DNA of 64,000 bases from Ignavibacteria bacterium UBA2360 (GCA_002344125.1 DDTQ01000006.1:275581-339580); one strand, 5' to 3'. Positions 48,103-59,394 are shown, counted from the first letter of the stretch. A program made the numbers and translations. Notes: generated by a model from the letters alone, not told the origin.

Positions 48103-48400
48103 AAATTACCTCCATAATTTTATGTTACGGCTATAGATTATACCAAGCCAGTATAAAATTCAATTGAATTTTCTCCTTAATTAAATTAAATGAATAATTT
48201 AAACGGGTAAAATTTTAATGAGATAATTTATGATTAGTTTAGAAAAATTTTAAAAAAGGTATTTTTCTGTTCGATCTGTTTTAGATAGATTAGTTTAGTT
48301 TTACTGTTTCAAATATAATACAACATTTCAGAAAAAGCAAATGCGCTCAACAAAAATTTCTTCCTAACATTTTTACAGCATTATTTACATCTTTGTAAAA

Positions 48401-50407
48401 ATGTCTGATTTTACGAACGAAATTAAAGATATATTCTCCCCTTCCGGGCTGCTTTCACAACTCGAAGGATTTGAATACCGCCGGCAGCAGCAGCAAATGG
48501 CTGTAAGTATTGCGGATTCGCTGCAATCAGCGGAGCATAATATCATCGAAGCACCCACGGGTGTAGGAAAATCACTGGCATATTTGGTGCCTGCAATATT
48601 ATTTGCGCTTAATAATGAACGCAAAGCGATAATATCTACCTGCACCATCAATCTGCAGGAACAGCTCATTAATAAAGATATCCCAGCGCTTGCCAAAATA
48701 CTGCCGGTTGAATTCAAATACGAGATTTTAAAAGGCAGGAATAATTACATCTGTACAAAGCGTCTGAATAAGGCGATGATCGAGAAGAATTCATTGTTCA
48801 TGACAAGTGAGCAGCAAACCCTGCAGAAGATATATGACTTCGTGAATAAAGAAGGTAAAGGAACAAGACAGGATATTCCTTTCCCGGTTGATGATACAGT
48901 GTGGAGTGAAATTTTCGCTGAAGAAGGAGTTTGTACACAGAAATCATGCGGCGGAGCCGATACAAACTGTTATTACCAGCAGGCGAAGCAAAGAATGAAA
49001 GATGCCGACGTGCTGGTACTGAATCACCACTTATTTTTTACGCTGTTCGGATTTTATGAACGTGAATCAGAGGGTTATCTTTATTTCAATGATTTTGTCA
49101 TTTTTGATGAGGCTCATACAGTCGAGCAAATTGCCGCGGAGCGCGTTTCGCCTTCAGTTTCGAAAGAACAGATCAGATTCTGGCTCAACAAGTTATATAA
49201 TCCAAGGACACAAAAAGGATTCTTTTCAATGCGGCAGGCCGAGAGGCTTAAAAAAGCAATTGAAATTACTTACCAGGATAATGAGCATTTTTTTAAAATG
49301 CTCCACTCACATGTAAACGATGTTTACCATGCCCAGGCGCATAAAAGCGCTATAAGGATAAAAAAGCCTGTTCCGCTTGGAACTGAGCTGATGAACTCAC
49401 TCCTTGAGCTTACCATTGAGCTTAAAAAAGCTACTCCCCTTGCAAAGAATGATATCGAAGAAGATGAGATAAAGAACTACTTTACAAAGTTCACGCGGAT
49501 AAGGAACAACCTGATATTTTTCCTTGAGCAGAAAAGTGATGAATACGTTTACTGGATAGAATACAAAGGCAGGGCCAGGAATAACATCGATCTTTGCATC
49601 TCGCCGATCGATATGGCTGAATACTTCCGCGAAAATATTTTCGCTAAGAACAGGCAGTCAGTTATGACCTCAGCCACGCTTTCAACGAACAATACTCTTG
49701 AGTTCTTTAAAAATTCGATCGGTGCTGAAGAGATTCGGGGCGAGATAATTGAAACCCCGTTTGATTACGGCAGACAGATGAAGATACATGTTTACAAAGA
49801 TATCCCTGAACCTGAGAAATCACCCAAATACAAGATAAGCGATATTCTGAACGAAAGCAGCTTTGAGAAGATATTAACTGAGAAAATTCAGGAATGTGTA
49901 AGGAAAACCAGCGGCGGCGCGCTTGTGTTATTTACAAGTAATAAACTGCTAAAGTCAGCATATAATAAATTGCTTGAAGATTTTATTGGTGAAGGAATAA
50001 ATCTTTACGCCCAGCATAACGGTATGCCAAACAACCGCATATTGCAGGAATTCCGGGATGACGAAAATTCAGTGTTATTCGGAGTGGATAGCTTCTGGAT
50101 GGGCGTTGATATACCGGGTCATAGCTTACGGAATGTAATTGTTACCAAGCTGCCGTTTGAAGTCCCTGATCATCCTGTAATAGAAGCGAAGCTGGAATTT
50201 ATTTTGCAAAAAGGCGGCAATCCGTTTATGGATTATTCGCTGCCAACAGCAATTCTTAAATTTAAGCAAGGTGTAGGCAGACTCATACGAAGCAGAAACG
50301 ATGAAGGAATCATCTGCATTCTTGATAGCCGCATAATGAAAAAGCCATACGGCAGGCATTTCCTTAGCTCTTTGCCTGAATGCGAAGTTATAATTGAAAG
50401 TGATTAA
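48401..50407 (+). CDS. DinG/YoaA-family ATP-dependent DNA helicase
   Basis: EAPTGVGKS, LKGRNNYIC, Fe-S cysteines, FDEAH, TSATL, FWMGVD and KQGVGRLIR motifs. Confidence 0.93.
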   Translation: MSDFTNEIKDIFSPSGLLSQLEGFEYRRQQQQMAVSIADSLQSAEHNIIEAPTGVGKSLAYLVPAILFALNNERKAIISTCTINLQEQLINKDIPALAKILPVEFKYEILKGRNNYICTKRLNKAMIEKNSLFMTSEQQTLQKIYDFVNKEGKGTRQDIPFPVDDTVWSEIFAEEGVCTQKSCGGADTNCYYQQAKQRMKDADVLVLNHHLFFTLFGFYERESEGYLYFNDFVIFDEAHTVEQIAAERVSPSVSKEQIRFWLNKLYNPRTQKGFFSMRQAERLKKAIEITYQDNEHFFKMLHSHVNDVYHAQAHKSAIRIKKPVPLGTELMNSLLELTIELKKATPLAKNDIEEDEIKNYFTKFTRIRNNLIFFLEQKSDEYVYWIEYKGRARNNIDLCISPIDMAEYFRENIFAKNRQSVMTSATLSTNNTLEFFKNSIGAEEIRGEIIETPFDYGRQMKIHVYKDIPEPEKSPKYKISDILNESSFEKILTEKIQECVRKTSGGALVLFTSNKLLKSAYNKLLEDFIGEGINLYAQHNGMPNNRILQEFRDDENSVLFGVDSFWMGVDIPGHSLRNVIVTKLPFEVPDHPVIEAKLEFILQKGGNPFMDYSLPTAILKFKQGVGRLIRSRNDEGIICILDSRIMKKPYGRHFLSSLPECEVIIESD

Positions 50408-50808
50408 GCCCTCAACCACCACAGCTCCATCGGACCCGCTGAGAGTATCATTTCGCCATGCTCAAACCGGTATTTGCGCACTTCTGTGCCGCCAACAAGA
50501 CTCTGAACAATAGCACCTTCAACATGATGTTTTATGACATGTTTTTCTTCATCAATTTCGTAAGGTCCAAAATAACCCATATATCCCAAATGCTTTAATG
50601 CCCAGGCCAGATCCTTTAACTTCAACTTCTTTTCAGGCATGTGCTCCAGCGGCAGGTCATGCGGCATCATGATCTGAGCTGACATGTACTCTTCATCATA
50701 AAACAAAATTGCTTTAACTTTTTTGCCGAAAGGGTAAATTATGGTGTCTTCGTGTCTGACAATTACAGATTTCAGTTTCCATCTGCCTAGGAATTTTTGT
50801 TTTATCAT
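50404..50808 (-). CDS. Lipocalin-like domain protein
   Basis: FLGRWKL, YPFG, MSAQIM and Y.GYFGPY..DE motifs. Confidence 0.75.
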   Translation of the reverse strand: MIKQKFLGRWKLKSVIVRHEDTIIYPFGKKVKAILFYDEEYMSAQIMMPHDLPLEHMPEKKLKLKDLAWALKHLGYMGYFGPYEIDEEKHVIKHHVEGAIVQSLVGGTEVRKYRFEHGEMILSAGPMELWWLRA

Positions 50809-50832
50809 GCTTATTTTAATATTTAACTATTG

Positions 50833-50840
50833 CAAATATA
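50833..50840 (-). promoter_or_regulatory. Putative -7 element TATATTTG
   Basis: TAnnTTTG about 25 nt upstream of ATG 50808. Confidence 0.5.
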
Positions 50841-51044
50841 TGCAATATTTAAAAGAGAATTAAGCACTAAGAAGTAACCAAACTTTATTACGTTTCGGTA
50901 ACTGCGGGAGCAGTCAAGAGCTCCTTCTCTCCCTATGCTCGTACAAGCATGCAGGGTAAGAAAATATCCGGGGGTTAACCCCTTACCGACCTTGCCTGAC
51001 TTGTCTCTAAGTTCGAAGGATGGTAAAAATGATTCAAGTTTATA

Positions 51045-51069
51045 GCCCTTCGACTCTGCTCAGGGCGAC
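51045..51069. repeat. REP-like GCCCTTCGACTCTGCTCAGGGCGAC
   Basis: Same family as 14296-14320, 1183-1226 and 58692-58756. Confidence 0.7.
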
Positions 51070-51102
51070 AAATATCTTGGGGGTGAGGCCTATAAACTTT
51101 TT

Positions 51103-52263
51103 CTAATAAATCCTGTAAATCTTATCATCTCCTGATTTTGGTGATCCCCTTCCATCTTTGTTGCTGCTGGAAAAGTATATGTTACCATCCGGACCCTCAG
51201 CGATATCGCGTATTCTACCATACTCTGTAGCAATTTTGCTGTGCGAAATTGCTTTCGATCTGTCGTTGGGGTCGATCTTCACTACAATTATGCCGTTCCC
51301 GCGCAAGCAGCCAAACAGGAAGCAATCTTTGTACTCAGCTATTTTACCTGATTTGTAAACCAACCCTGAAGCGGGCGCTTCGGCGGGCGTAAATACCAGC
51401 ACCGGAGATATCATCCCCTCTTTGCTTTCTGTATGTGAAACATCAGGCCAACCGTAGTTTCCTCCTTTAACTATTACATTTACTTCATCGCCCCCGCCGG
51501 GTCCGTCAAAGCCGCTTGGACCGTGCTCGGTCTGCCACATGATATCAGTACCTGCGACCCAATCAATCCCTTGAGGATTGCGATGCCCATAGCTCCACAC
51601 GGGTGAGTTGCTAAACGGATTATCAGCGGGAACACTACCATCAGAATTAACTCGCAATATTTTCCCGTGAAGCTTGCTTAGATCCTGCGCAAATTTTCTC
51701 TCACCTGCATCGCCGGTGGTAATATACAGTTTGCCGTCAGGTCCGAATTTTATCCTGCATCCCGCGTGGTATTTTGCGGCCGGAATGTTATCAAAGATCA
51801 GTTGTGGATCGCTTAGATTGGTTCCGTTATCAGTATATTTAACTACTTTCACCGCCAGGTCACCCTCCTTTTCGTATGCATAGCTTAAATAAATGAATTT
51901 ATTCTCGCCATAACCCGGGTCTAAAGTTAGCCCCATCAACCCTTCTTCCGACCCGCTTGAAACCTCGCTGAAGGTCATAAGCGGTTCCGGAGCAAGTTTG
52001 CCATCAGTTACTACCCTGAGCCTCCCCGGCCTTTCGTTAACAAGTATTCTGCTGCTTGATGTGAACACGATACTCCACGGCACTTCCAAGCCGGTCACAA
52101 ATGGTTCAATACTAACTGCCGTATTGCCTGAAGAACCCGAACTTTTAAGATCAGCTTCTTTGTCAGTTTCATTATCTTTGCAGCCGCCCGAAAACAGAAA
52201 AGAAAATGCTATAAATAGATTCAGTATAATATTCATAACTGTAATTATTTTTAGAGTTAACAT
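51103..52263 (-). CDS. PQQ-dependent sugar dehydrogenase (GSDH/YliI family), probable lipoprotein
   Basis: GLEVPWSI, EEGLMG, H.GCRIKFGPDG.LY..TGD, YGHRNPQG, NYGWP and GRIRDI..GPDG motifs; the true start may be ATG 52236. Confidence 0.9.
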   Translation of the reverse strand: MLTLKIITVMNIILNLFIAFSFLFSGGCKDNETDKEADLKSSGSSGNTAVSIEPFVTGLEVPWSIVFTSSSRILVNERPGRLRVVTDGKLAPEPLMTFSEVSSGSEEGLMGLTLDPGYGENKFIYLSYAYEKEGDLAVKVVKYTDNGTNLSDPQLIFDNIPAAKYHAGCRIKFGPDGKLYITTGDAGERKFAQDLSKLHGKILRVNSDGSVPADNPFSNSPVWSYGHRNPQGIDWVAGTDIMWQTEHGPSGFDGPGGGDEVNVIVKGGNYGWPDVSHTESKEGMISPVLVFTPAEAPASGLVYKSGKIAEYKDCFLFGCLRGNGIIVVKIDPNDRSKAISHSKIATEYGRIRDIAEGPDGNIYFSSSNKDGRGSPKSGDDKIYRIY

Positions 52264-52437
52264 ACTAACTTAATGATTTAAATGCACATTTACCTTAAAA
52301 GGTTGCGTTTCTGTTGTACTTTTAGATGTAACACAATTTTACAATAAAATTGAATATTTGACTTATAATTTGAAACTAAAACAAGTATTTTATCGTCATA
52401 TAAACTATAAAGCTGCATCTTTATCATAAAACAAGAT

Positions 52438-53781
52438 ATGAAGATACTAAAGTTATCCGTATTTACCGTTGTTTTGCTACTTGCCGGCAGTTTGAACGCC
52501 CAGGTAGTTCAGGTTTCGCTTAAGGAGGCTATAGATCATGCTTACCGAAATGATCCAAATATTAATAAACTCGAGAACACTATAGCACTGCAGGAAAGTA
52601 ATTTACGCGCAAATTACGGAAATTTGTTCCCTGATCTTAAATTTTCCACAGGCTGGACGCGTTCTAACACGGTCATAAATAACAGCTTTATAAATCAAAA
52701 TGGTATTCCAATACCGGAGAGCAATGAGACTTCAAACAACTTTTCACTTTCACTAAGATCTGATGTAACATTATTTGACGGTATGGCTAATTTTGACAGG
52801 ATCGAGCTGGCAAAACAGACCAGGGTTCAATACCAGATTCAGCTTAAACAGGTTAAGCAGGATATTGCTGTCAGGATAATTTCAAGTTACATTGCCGTAC
52901 TCAAAAATCAGCAAATTGTGGTTATAAACGAAGCTACGCTGGCAGATTCCAGAGCCCAGCTCGAAAGGGTTAAGATCTTTGTTGAGGTCGGCAGAAGAAC
53001 ACTTTCTGATGTATATCAACAGGATGTTATTGTTGCGCAAAATGAGCTGCTTGTAGAACAGGCCAAAAATAATCTCAATAAATCTATCAGTGATCTGGCG
53101 TACAATTCAAACCTGCCCTTAGATAAGAACTACGCTGTGAACACAGCTGAATTTAACACCGAAGTTGAATACGCAGCCCTGGAGTCATATGTCTTACAGA
53201 ATCAAAACACAGATGTACTGGTAAGGAATGCATTCAATAACAGGCAGGATATCAAAGCCAGGATGCAAAACCTGGACTTGCTTGAAACAAACATAGAAAT
53301 TGCAAAGGGCACTCAATACTTCCCTACTCTTACGGGATTCGGGCAGTACTCTATGAACGGCAATAAAATTGATAATGTAACCAATCAACGGACTTTTACG
53401 ATTGGGCTATCGCTCAATTACGCAATTTTCCAGGGCTTTCAACAGGATTACCAGAGACAGATCGCCCTGATCAATTACAGGTCCGCCCAGGAAGATATCA
53501 CACTTATCAAAAACCAGGTAGAGGTTGAGATCAAAAAAGCTATACAGGATCTCAGGTCACTGCTTAAACAGATCGAAATTGTTGACCGCAGCCTGTTGAA
53601 TGCACAGCAGAATAAACTGATGGCAGAAGAATCTTACAGGGTAGGTATTGGCACACTGCTTGATGTTAATACCGCCACAACCAATCTGAATAATATTCTG
53701 ATAAATAAATCAAATCTTGTATATGATTTTATCAACGCTCAGAAAACTCTCGAGTACTACCAGGGTTTACTGATTTATTAA
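52438..53781 (+). CDS. TolC-family outer membrane efflux protein
   Basis: Signal peptide; duplicated OEP pattern (NLFPDL / YFPTL; YRVGIGTLLDV). Confidence 0.9.
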   Translation: MKILKLSVFTVVLLLAGSLNAQVVQVSLKEAIDHAYRNDPNINKLENTIALQESNLRANYGNLFPDLKFSTGWTRSNTVINNSFINQNGIPIPESNETSNNFSLSLRSDVTLFDGMANFDRIELAKQTRVQYQIQLKQVKQDIAVRIISSYIAVLKNQQIVVINEATLADSRAQLERVKIFVEVGRRTLSDVYQQDVIVAQNELLVEQAKNNLNKSISDLAYNSNLPLDKNYAVNTAEFNTEVEYAALESYVLQNQNTDVLVRNAFNNRQDIKARMQNLDLLETNIEIAKGTQYFPTLTGFGQYSMNGNKIDNVTNQRTFTIGLSLNYAIFQGFQQDYQRQIALINYRSAQEDITLIKNQVEVEIKKAIQDLRSLLKQIEIVDRSLLNAQQNKLMAEESYRVGIGTLLDVNTATTNLNNILINKSNLVYDFINAQKTLEYYQGLLIY

Positions 53782-53821
53782 GTTTTTAAGGAATTGAAGG
53801 AGAAATTTAAATAATATTTTT

Positions 53822-55126
53822 ATGGCAGATATTAAACCCGTTGTAAAGAAAAAGAAAAGCAAAAAACTCCTGTTATTTTCAATAATAGGCGTTGTAATAA
53901 TATTAATTATAGTTGCGGTAGTGGCTTCAGGTAACAAAGATAAGCTTGTAACTGTGCAGACCGAAAAAGTTATTAAACGCAATGTTACACAGGTTGTCTC
54001 AGGCACAGGTACTATCAATCCTGAAACCAAGGTGGATATTTCCGCTGAGATAAGCGGTGAAATTGTTCAGCTTCCCTACAAGGAAGGCGATACAGTTAAA
54101 AAAGGCGATCTGCTTGTAAAGATAAAAGCTGAAACTTACGGAGCAAGGATAAATCAGCAGCAGGCGGGTGTGCAGTATTCCAGAACACAGGTGGAAGTAG
54201 CTGAAAACAATCTCAAAAAAGCGCAGCTTGAACTGCAGAGAACAGAGCAGCTGTTCCAAAGCGGGCTGGTTTCACAGTCTGATCTTGATAACGCCAGGAT
54301 AGCTTACGATGTAGCAGTATCAAATGTAAAGAGCTCTAATGCTAATGTAAGGCAGAACCAGGCATTGCTTCAGCAAAGCTCCCAGGATCTTTCTAAGGCA
54401 ACGATCCGCTCCAACATGGATGGCATTGTTACAGCTATGAATAACGAGCTTGGTGAAAAAGTTGTAGGAACCCAGCAGATGGCTGGTACCGTGATAATGA
54501 CAGTTTCAGATCTTTCGGTTATGGATGCTGAAATTGAGATCAGCGAAACAGATATTACAAGTGTAAAACTTGGCGATACAGCCGAAGTTGAAGTTGACGC
54601 TTTTCCTGAAAGAATTATCAAAGGGTATGTTTACGAAATTTCCAACTCAGCTAAATCAAAAGGCACAGGAACCCAGGAACAGGTTATTAATTTTATTGTG
54701 AAGATAAGAATAATCGATCAGGATGTTCAGCTGAAACCCGGAATGTCCTGCAATGCCGATATTAAAGTGAATTCAAAATCAGATGTAATTACCATACCTA
54801 TTCAAAGCGTAACCGCCAGAGAAGATGAAAAGATGGATGAAAATTCCGATGAAGAAGTTAAGAGAAAATCAAATGAAAATCTGAAGAAAAAAGAAAAACC
54901 CAAAGAAGTAGTTTTTGTGGTTGAAGAAGGCTCGCCCACAAAAGTTAAAATTGTACAGATAAAAACAGGCATCAGTGACGATAGATACATTGAAATTCTT
55001 GAGGGACTTCAGCCTGACCAGGTTGTAGTTAAAGGTCCGTATAAATCCATTAGCAAAGAGCTCGAAGAAGGCTCTGTTGTAAAAGTAGATAACGAAATAA
55101 AGAAAAAAACGGATAAGGAAGAGTAA
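53822..55126 (+). CDS. Periplasmic adaptor (MFP, MacA/HlyD-like)
   Basis: N-terminal [21 protein letters not shown], coiled hairpin and LKPGMS motifs. Confidence 0.9.
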   Translation: MADIKPVVKKKKSKKLLLFSIIGVVIILIIVAVVASGNKDKLVTVQTEKVIKRNVTQVVSGTGTINPETKVDISAEISGEIVQLPYKEGDTVKKGDLLVKIKAETYGARINQQQAGVQYSRTQVEVAENNLKKAQLELQRTEQLFQSGLVSQSDLDNARIAYDVAVSNVKSSNANVRQNQALLQQSSQDLSKATIRSNMDGIVTAMNNELGEKVVGTQQMAGTVIMTVSDLSVMDAEIEISETDITSVKLGDTAEVEVDAFPERIIKGYVYEISNSAKSKGTGTQEQVINFIVKIRIIDQDVQLKPGMSCNADIKVNSKSDVITIPIQSVTAREDEKMDENSDEEVKRKSNENLKKKEKPKEVVFVVEEGSPTKVKIVQIKTGISDDRYIEILEGLQPDQVVVKGPYKSISKELEEGSVVKVDNEIKKKTDKEE

Positions 55127-55131
55127 CCGTT

Positions 55132-55869
55132 TTGGAAGAGATAATAAAGACCAAGGATATTGTTAAGCTTTATGTAATGGGAACCGAAGAGCTTTACGCT
55201 CTCAAAGGAGTTTCTATGACTATTCATAAGAACGAGTATGTGGCAATAATGGGACCCTCAGGCTCCGGTAAATCTACCATGATGAATATCATAGGCTGTC
55301 TTGATACGCCGACATCCGGATATTACGAACTCAACGGGCAGAACGTAAGCGAGATGGATGATAATGAACTGGCTGCTGTCCGTAACAAAGAGATAGGATT
55401 TGTATTCCAGACCTTTAATCTGCTCCCCCGTTCAAATGCTTTGCATAACGTTGAGCTGCCTTTGATCTATGCCGGCATGTCAAAAGCCGAACGAATGGAG
55501 CGCGCCGAAGAAGCGCTGCTGAAGGTCAGTTTGCAGGATAGAATGAAACATAAACCCAACGAGCTCTCAGGCGGTCAGCGGCAGCGCGTTGCCATCGCAA
55601 GAGCGCTCGTTAACAAACCCTCTATCATACTGGCGGATGAACCTACAGGTAATCTTGATTCAAAAACCGGCGATGAAATTATGGAATTATTTGATAACCT
55701 GCATTCCCTGGGAAATACCATTATATTGGTAACACATGAAGATTTTATTGCCGAACATGCTCACAGGGTAATCAGGCTCAGAGACGGGTTGATAGAAACG
55801 GATAAAGAAACAGAAAAAGGCGTCAAATATAAAAATGATAAAGCCGCCGCTTTACAGGCTGCTGTTTGA
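55132..55869 (+). CDS. ABC transporter ATP-binding protein (MacB/LolD-like)
   Basis: [28 protein letters not shown] and [10 protein letters not shown] motifs. Confidence 0.95.
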   Translation: MEEIIKTKDIVKLYVMGTEELYALKGVSMTIHKNEYVAIMGPSGSGKSTMMNIIGCLDTPTSGYYELNGQNVSEMDDNELAAVRNKEIGFVFQTFNLLPRSNALHNVELPLIYAGMSKAERMERAEEALLKVSLQDRMKHKPNELSGGQRQRVAIARALVNKPSIILADEPTGNLDSKTGDEIMELFDNLHSLGNTIILVTHEDFIAEHAHRVIRLRDGLIETDKETEKGVKYKNDKAAALQAAV

Positions 55870-55920
55870 TAATCTGAATCAAAAATAAAAATATTCACTT
55901 TTTAAACATAAGGGGTAATT

Positions 55921-57435
55921 TTGATTATAAAGTATCTTGGTATTGCAGTTTTATTTTTATCTTTTTGCAATGTTTTACAGGCACAGGATTTCGGCAGAGT
56001 ACATACACTCATAGCAGAAGGCATTGATGCCGAATACAACATGGATTTTCCGGGCGCGCTGGCAAAATTCCAGGAAGCGAAAAATACTGCTCCTAACGAT
56101 CTGCGCGGCCACTTTTTTGAGCAGACCATTTATTACTGGAAAGCCATGCTTACCCGCAATAAGACTGATTTTGAAACTTTCATGAACCTGAGCGATAAGC
56201 TGGTTGAAAAATGTGAGAACGTTATTGATAAAAATGAAAATGATCTTGACGCCAGGCTATACCTCGGATGGACATATACTATCCGGGCATTTGCAATTGG
56301 TTTTATGGGTGAAAATTATCTGAAAGCTGCATCTGAAATCAAAGACGGCAACAGCAATCTGACCTTTGTGTTAGAAAAAAATCCTGATTACCACGATGCT
56401 GCCCTTGGGCTCGGTGTTTATAACTACCTTACCAGTTTCATTCCCCGCAAACTGAAATGGCTGACTGATATACTTGGTTTTTCAGGTGACCGCGAAGAAG
56501 GCAAAAGGCTTCTTAAAATAGCATCAGAAAAAGGAACTTATACAAACAGCGAAGCAAAGTTTTATTTAACATTAATGACCTGGCGGGAGGAAAATTATCC
56601 TGAATCTGAAAGTTACGCACTGGCCCTGAAATCAAAGTACCCTGAAAGCCCCGCTGTATGGATGCTTTGGGGCGGAGTACTCGCGCAGCAGGATAAGATG
56701 AACGAGGCAATTGAGGCATATGAGATGTCACTGGAATATAATAAAGGCAAAAACAACGATATCATTTTCCGCACCGCCTACGGCGCTTTAAGCAATGCGT
56801 ACTTCAGGATGAATAACTATTCAAAATCATCAGAATACGGCAAACTGTTTATTTCTGTGCTAACCAAAGATGATAACCAGAACAACAGGTTATACAGCAC
56901 CGGCGTATCACTTGAACTTATGGGTGATAGAAATGCCGCTATGGAATATTACCGCAGAGCTAGGACAGATATAAAAGATGAAAACCAATGGGAAAAATAC
57001 TGGCTCAGGAAGTTACGTGAACGGGAAGCTGCGCCTTTGACTACCACAGATTCCCTGCTGATTGCGGCTGATAATAACCGGGCCACTGGCAGACTTACAG
57101 AAGCAGCGAAGGATTACAGCACATTGACTTCTGCCCAGGGTGTAAATTACAGCGACGATGTAAAAGCCCAGATCAACCAGGGATTAGGTCAATTATACTA
57201 TAAACAGAAAGATTACAGTAAGGCCATTGAGCAGTTCAAAATGAATATTTCACTCAAACCTGCGAACGAAAAATGGCTTGTGCCGGAGGCATATTACCAG
57301 ATTGGCAGATGTTATTTAAGACTTGGCAACCGCTCAGAAGCGCAGAAGAATTTTGATGTTGCACTGGATATTGATTATGATTATGACTTCAAGGATTCCA
57401 TGGATGGAAAGATCAAAAACGAACTTTCCAAATGA
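55921..57435 (+). CDS. Secreted TPR-repeat protein
   Basis: Signal peptide; multiple TPR-like helices (AYYQIGRCYLRLG). Confidence 0.8.
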   Translation: MIIKYLGIAVLFLSFCNVLQAQDFGRVHTLIAEGIDAEYNMDFPGALAKFQEAKNTAPNDLRGHFFEQTIYYWKAMLTRNKTDFETFMNLSDKLVEKCENVIDKNENDLDARLYLGWTYTIRAFAIGFMGENYLKAASEIKDGNSNLTFVLEKNPDYHDAALGLGVYNYLTSFIPRKLKWLTDILGFSGDREEGKRLLKIASEKGTYTNSEAKFYLTLMTWREENYPESESYALALKSKYPESPAVWMLWGGVLAQQDKMNEAIEAYEMSLEYNKGKNNDIIFRTAYGALSNAYFRMNNYSKSSEYGKLFISVLTKDDNQNNRLYSTGVSLELMGDRNAAMEYYRRARTDIKDENQWEKYWLRKLREREAAPLTTTDSLLIAADNNRATGRLTEAAKDYSTLTSAQGVNYSDDVKAQINQGLGQLYYKQKDYSKAIEQFKMNISLKPANEKWLVPEAYYQIGRCYLRLGNRSEAQKNFDVALDIDYDYDFKDSMDGKIKNELSK

Positions 57436-57454
57436 TCCATTATAAAAATACAAA

Positions 57455-58681
57455 TTGAATTTTTTTACTGAAATAAAAGAGGGTGTTATTATTTCGCTGA
57501 ATTCCATCAGGGCAAATAAAGTAAGATCGTTTCTGGCTACACTTGGTATAGTTATAGGCATTATGACCGTTACAACCCTGCAAACAGCCATTGAAGGTAT
57601 AAACCTTGCATTCGAAAAAAGTATTTCTGCCGTTGGCGCGGATGTACTCTATATTCAGAAATTTGAATGGTTCGGCAAAGATGACTGGGAAGTTTACCGC
57701 AACAGGAGGGATATTAACTGGCAGGATTATGAATACTTCGCTGAAAATATTAATGGAGCTGAATCAGTCTGCCCCACTGTTGGTACTTCAGCGGTTGTTA
57801 ATTACCAGGATTTCACCAGTGAAAATATTCCCGTATTCGGCACTACTGAAGAGTATCAGCGCACGCTTGGACTTGATGTTGATGAAGGCAGGTTCTTCAC
57901 TAAACGTGAATCCGACGGCGGCTGGGGCGTTTGTGTAATTGGATATGATATAAAAGAATCATTTTTTCAGAACATTGACCCTATTGGAAAAGTCATTCAG
58001 GTTGATGGTCACAATTTTAAAGTCATTGGAACATATGAAAAAATGGGCTCAATGCTCGGATTATTCAGCCTCGATAACAGAATAATTATCCCCATCAATA
58101 AGTTTTTCAAAATGTTCGGCACAAGAAGGTCGCTTACAATAAACGTAAAAGCTCCCACTGTTGAAGCCCTTGAAGATACCAAAGAAGAGTCCCGCGCTGT
58201 TATGAAACGCGCCCGCAGAATACCTATTGGCGGCAAGGATGATTTTGGAGTAAACCAGCAGGAAGCTTTTAAGCAGACTTATGAATCATTAACGGGTCTT
58301 ATAAAAACTATCGGAACCGCGATCACTTTACTTTCGCTTATAGTGGGATCGATAGGCATTGCGAACATCATGTTTGTGAGCGTAAAAGAAAGAACCAAGG
58401 AAATAGGCATTCGCAAAGCAATCGGCGCGAAGCGCGTTACTATTATGCTGCAATTTCTGATAGAAGCCGTAACCATTTGCATAGTTGGCGGTATGGTGGG
58501 GCTTATGATCGCTTTCCCGCTGAGCCTGATAATTAACGCAGTATTGCTCCCAACAGTAATGCCGCTGTGGGTAGTTGTATTGGCTCTCGGAATATCAGCA
58601 TTTGCAGGCATTGTGGCGGGATTCTTCCCTGCCCTCTCGGCTTCAAAACTCGATCCCGTGGATGCATTGCGGTATGAATAG
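57455..58681 (+). CDS. MacB/FtsX-family ABC permease 1
   Basis: RSFLATLGIVIG, GRFFT, GIANIMFVSVKERTKEIGIRKAIGA and LDPVDALRYE motifs. Confidence 0.92.
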   Translation: MNFFTEIKEGVIISLNSIRANKVRSFLATLGIVIGIMTVTTLQTAIEGINLAFEKSISAVGADVLYIQKFEWFGKDDWEVYRNRRDINWQDYEYFAENINGAESVCPTVGTSAVVNYQDFTSENIPVFGTTEEYQRTLGLDVDEGRFFTKRESDGGWGVCVIGYDIKESFFQNIDPIGKVIQVDGHNFKVIGTYEKMGSMLGLFSLDNRIIIPINKFFKMFGTRRSLTINVKAPTVEALEDTKEESRAVMKRARRIPIGGKDDFGVNQQEAFKQTYESLTGLIKTIGTAITLLSLIVGSIGIANIMFVSVKERTKEIGIRKAIGAKRVTIMLQFLIEAVTICIVGGMVGLMIAFPLSLIINAVLLPTVMPLWVVVLALGISAFAGIVAGFFPALSASKLDPVDALRYE

Positions 58682-58691
58682 TAAAATGTTC

Positions 58692-58756
58692 TCACCCTGA
58701 GCTTGTCGAAGGGTAAGAAATAATGTAACAATAATCCCTCGACAAGCTCGGGATGA
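58692..58756. repeat. Inverted pair of REP-like GAGCTTGTCGA elements
   Basis: TCACCCTGAGCTTGTCGAAGGG ... CCCTCGACAAGCTCGGGATGA. Confidence 0.75.
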
Positions 58757-58789
58757 GGGTACAAGTCTAATACAGTAAATGGATGAGTA

Positions 58790-59215
58790 TTGCAAAGAGA
58801 ATATTTTAAATTAATTGTCTTATTTGTTCTATTAATTTCAGGTTCAGAATTACATTCACAGATAATCGATAAAGATACCAGCGATGTTGTAATTCGAAGA
58901 ACTAAAAAAGAAATTCCGGCTGAATACAACATCAGCGATGTGATAATCAAGCTTGATAAGTTTCAGACAAAATATATTATAAGAGTAGATCTGGATATCC
59001 CGCTAAAAACAACTCTCAAGCTTTCTGTAAGTGATACCACCGGGAACACTTTGATGTATCTTATCAATGACCAGACCCTAAAACCTGGCGTATTCAGGGT
59101 CAGATGGGAAATGGAATTCTGCAGGTCCAGTGACTGCACCTATCCCCCGGGCAGATACTTGTGCGAGTTTGAAACGGACCAGTTTATTTTTCAAAGAGAT
59201 TTTTATATAAAATAA
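58790..59215 (+). CDS. Signal peptide plus stand-alone degenerate T9SS-CTD/FlgD-like Ig domain
   Basis: EIPAEYNIS..., DIPLKTTLKLSVSDTTG...LKPG.F...W and YPPGRY align by eye with the CTDs in this window. Confidence 0.6.
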   Translation: MQREYFKLIVLFVLLISGSELHSQIIDKDTSDVVIRRTKKEIPAEYNISDVIIKLDKFQTKYIIRVDLDIPLKTTLKLSVSDTTGNTLMYLINDQTLKPGVFRVRWEMEFCRSSDCTYPPGRYLCEFETDQFIFQRDFYIK

Positions 59216-59221
59216 AAAATT

Positions 59222-59368
59222 ATGCCTGTAATAAAATCAACAGCAACAACGCAACTGCTGATTCGCAAAAAGAAGAAGAAAACCGCCGCTGTTGATAAAA
59301 CTGAGGCAGAAAAAACCCGTGTAAAGAGCATCAAAAAATCTTTGAGCGGCAAAGTTAAGGATAAATAA
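59222..59368 (+). CDS. Small Lys-rich hypothetical protein (48 aa)
   Basis: Manual translation MPVIKSTATTQLLIRKKKKKTAAVDKTEAEKTRVKSIKKSLSGKVKDK*; fills the gap in a co-oriented operon; below the ORF-track cutoff. Confidence 0.5.
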   Translation: MPVIKSTATTQLLIRKKKKKTAAVDKTEAEKTRVKSIKKSLSGKVKDK

Positions 59369-59394
59369 AAAACAAAGACAAATAAAATAAAAAA

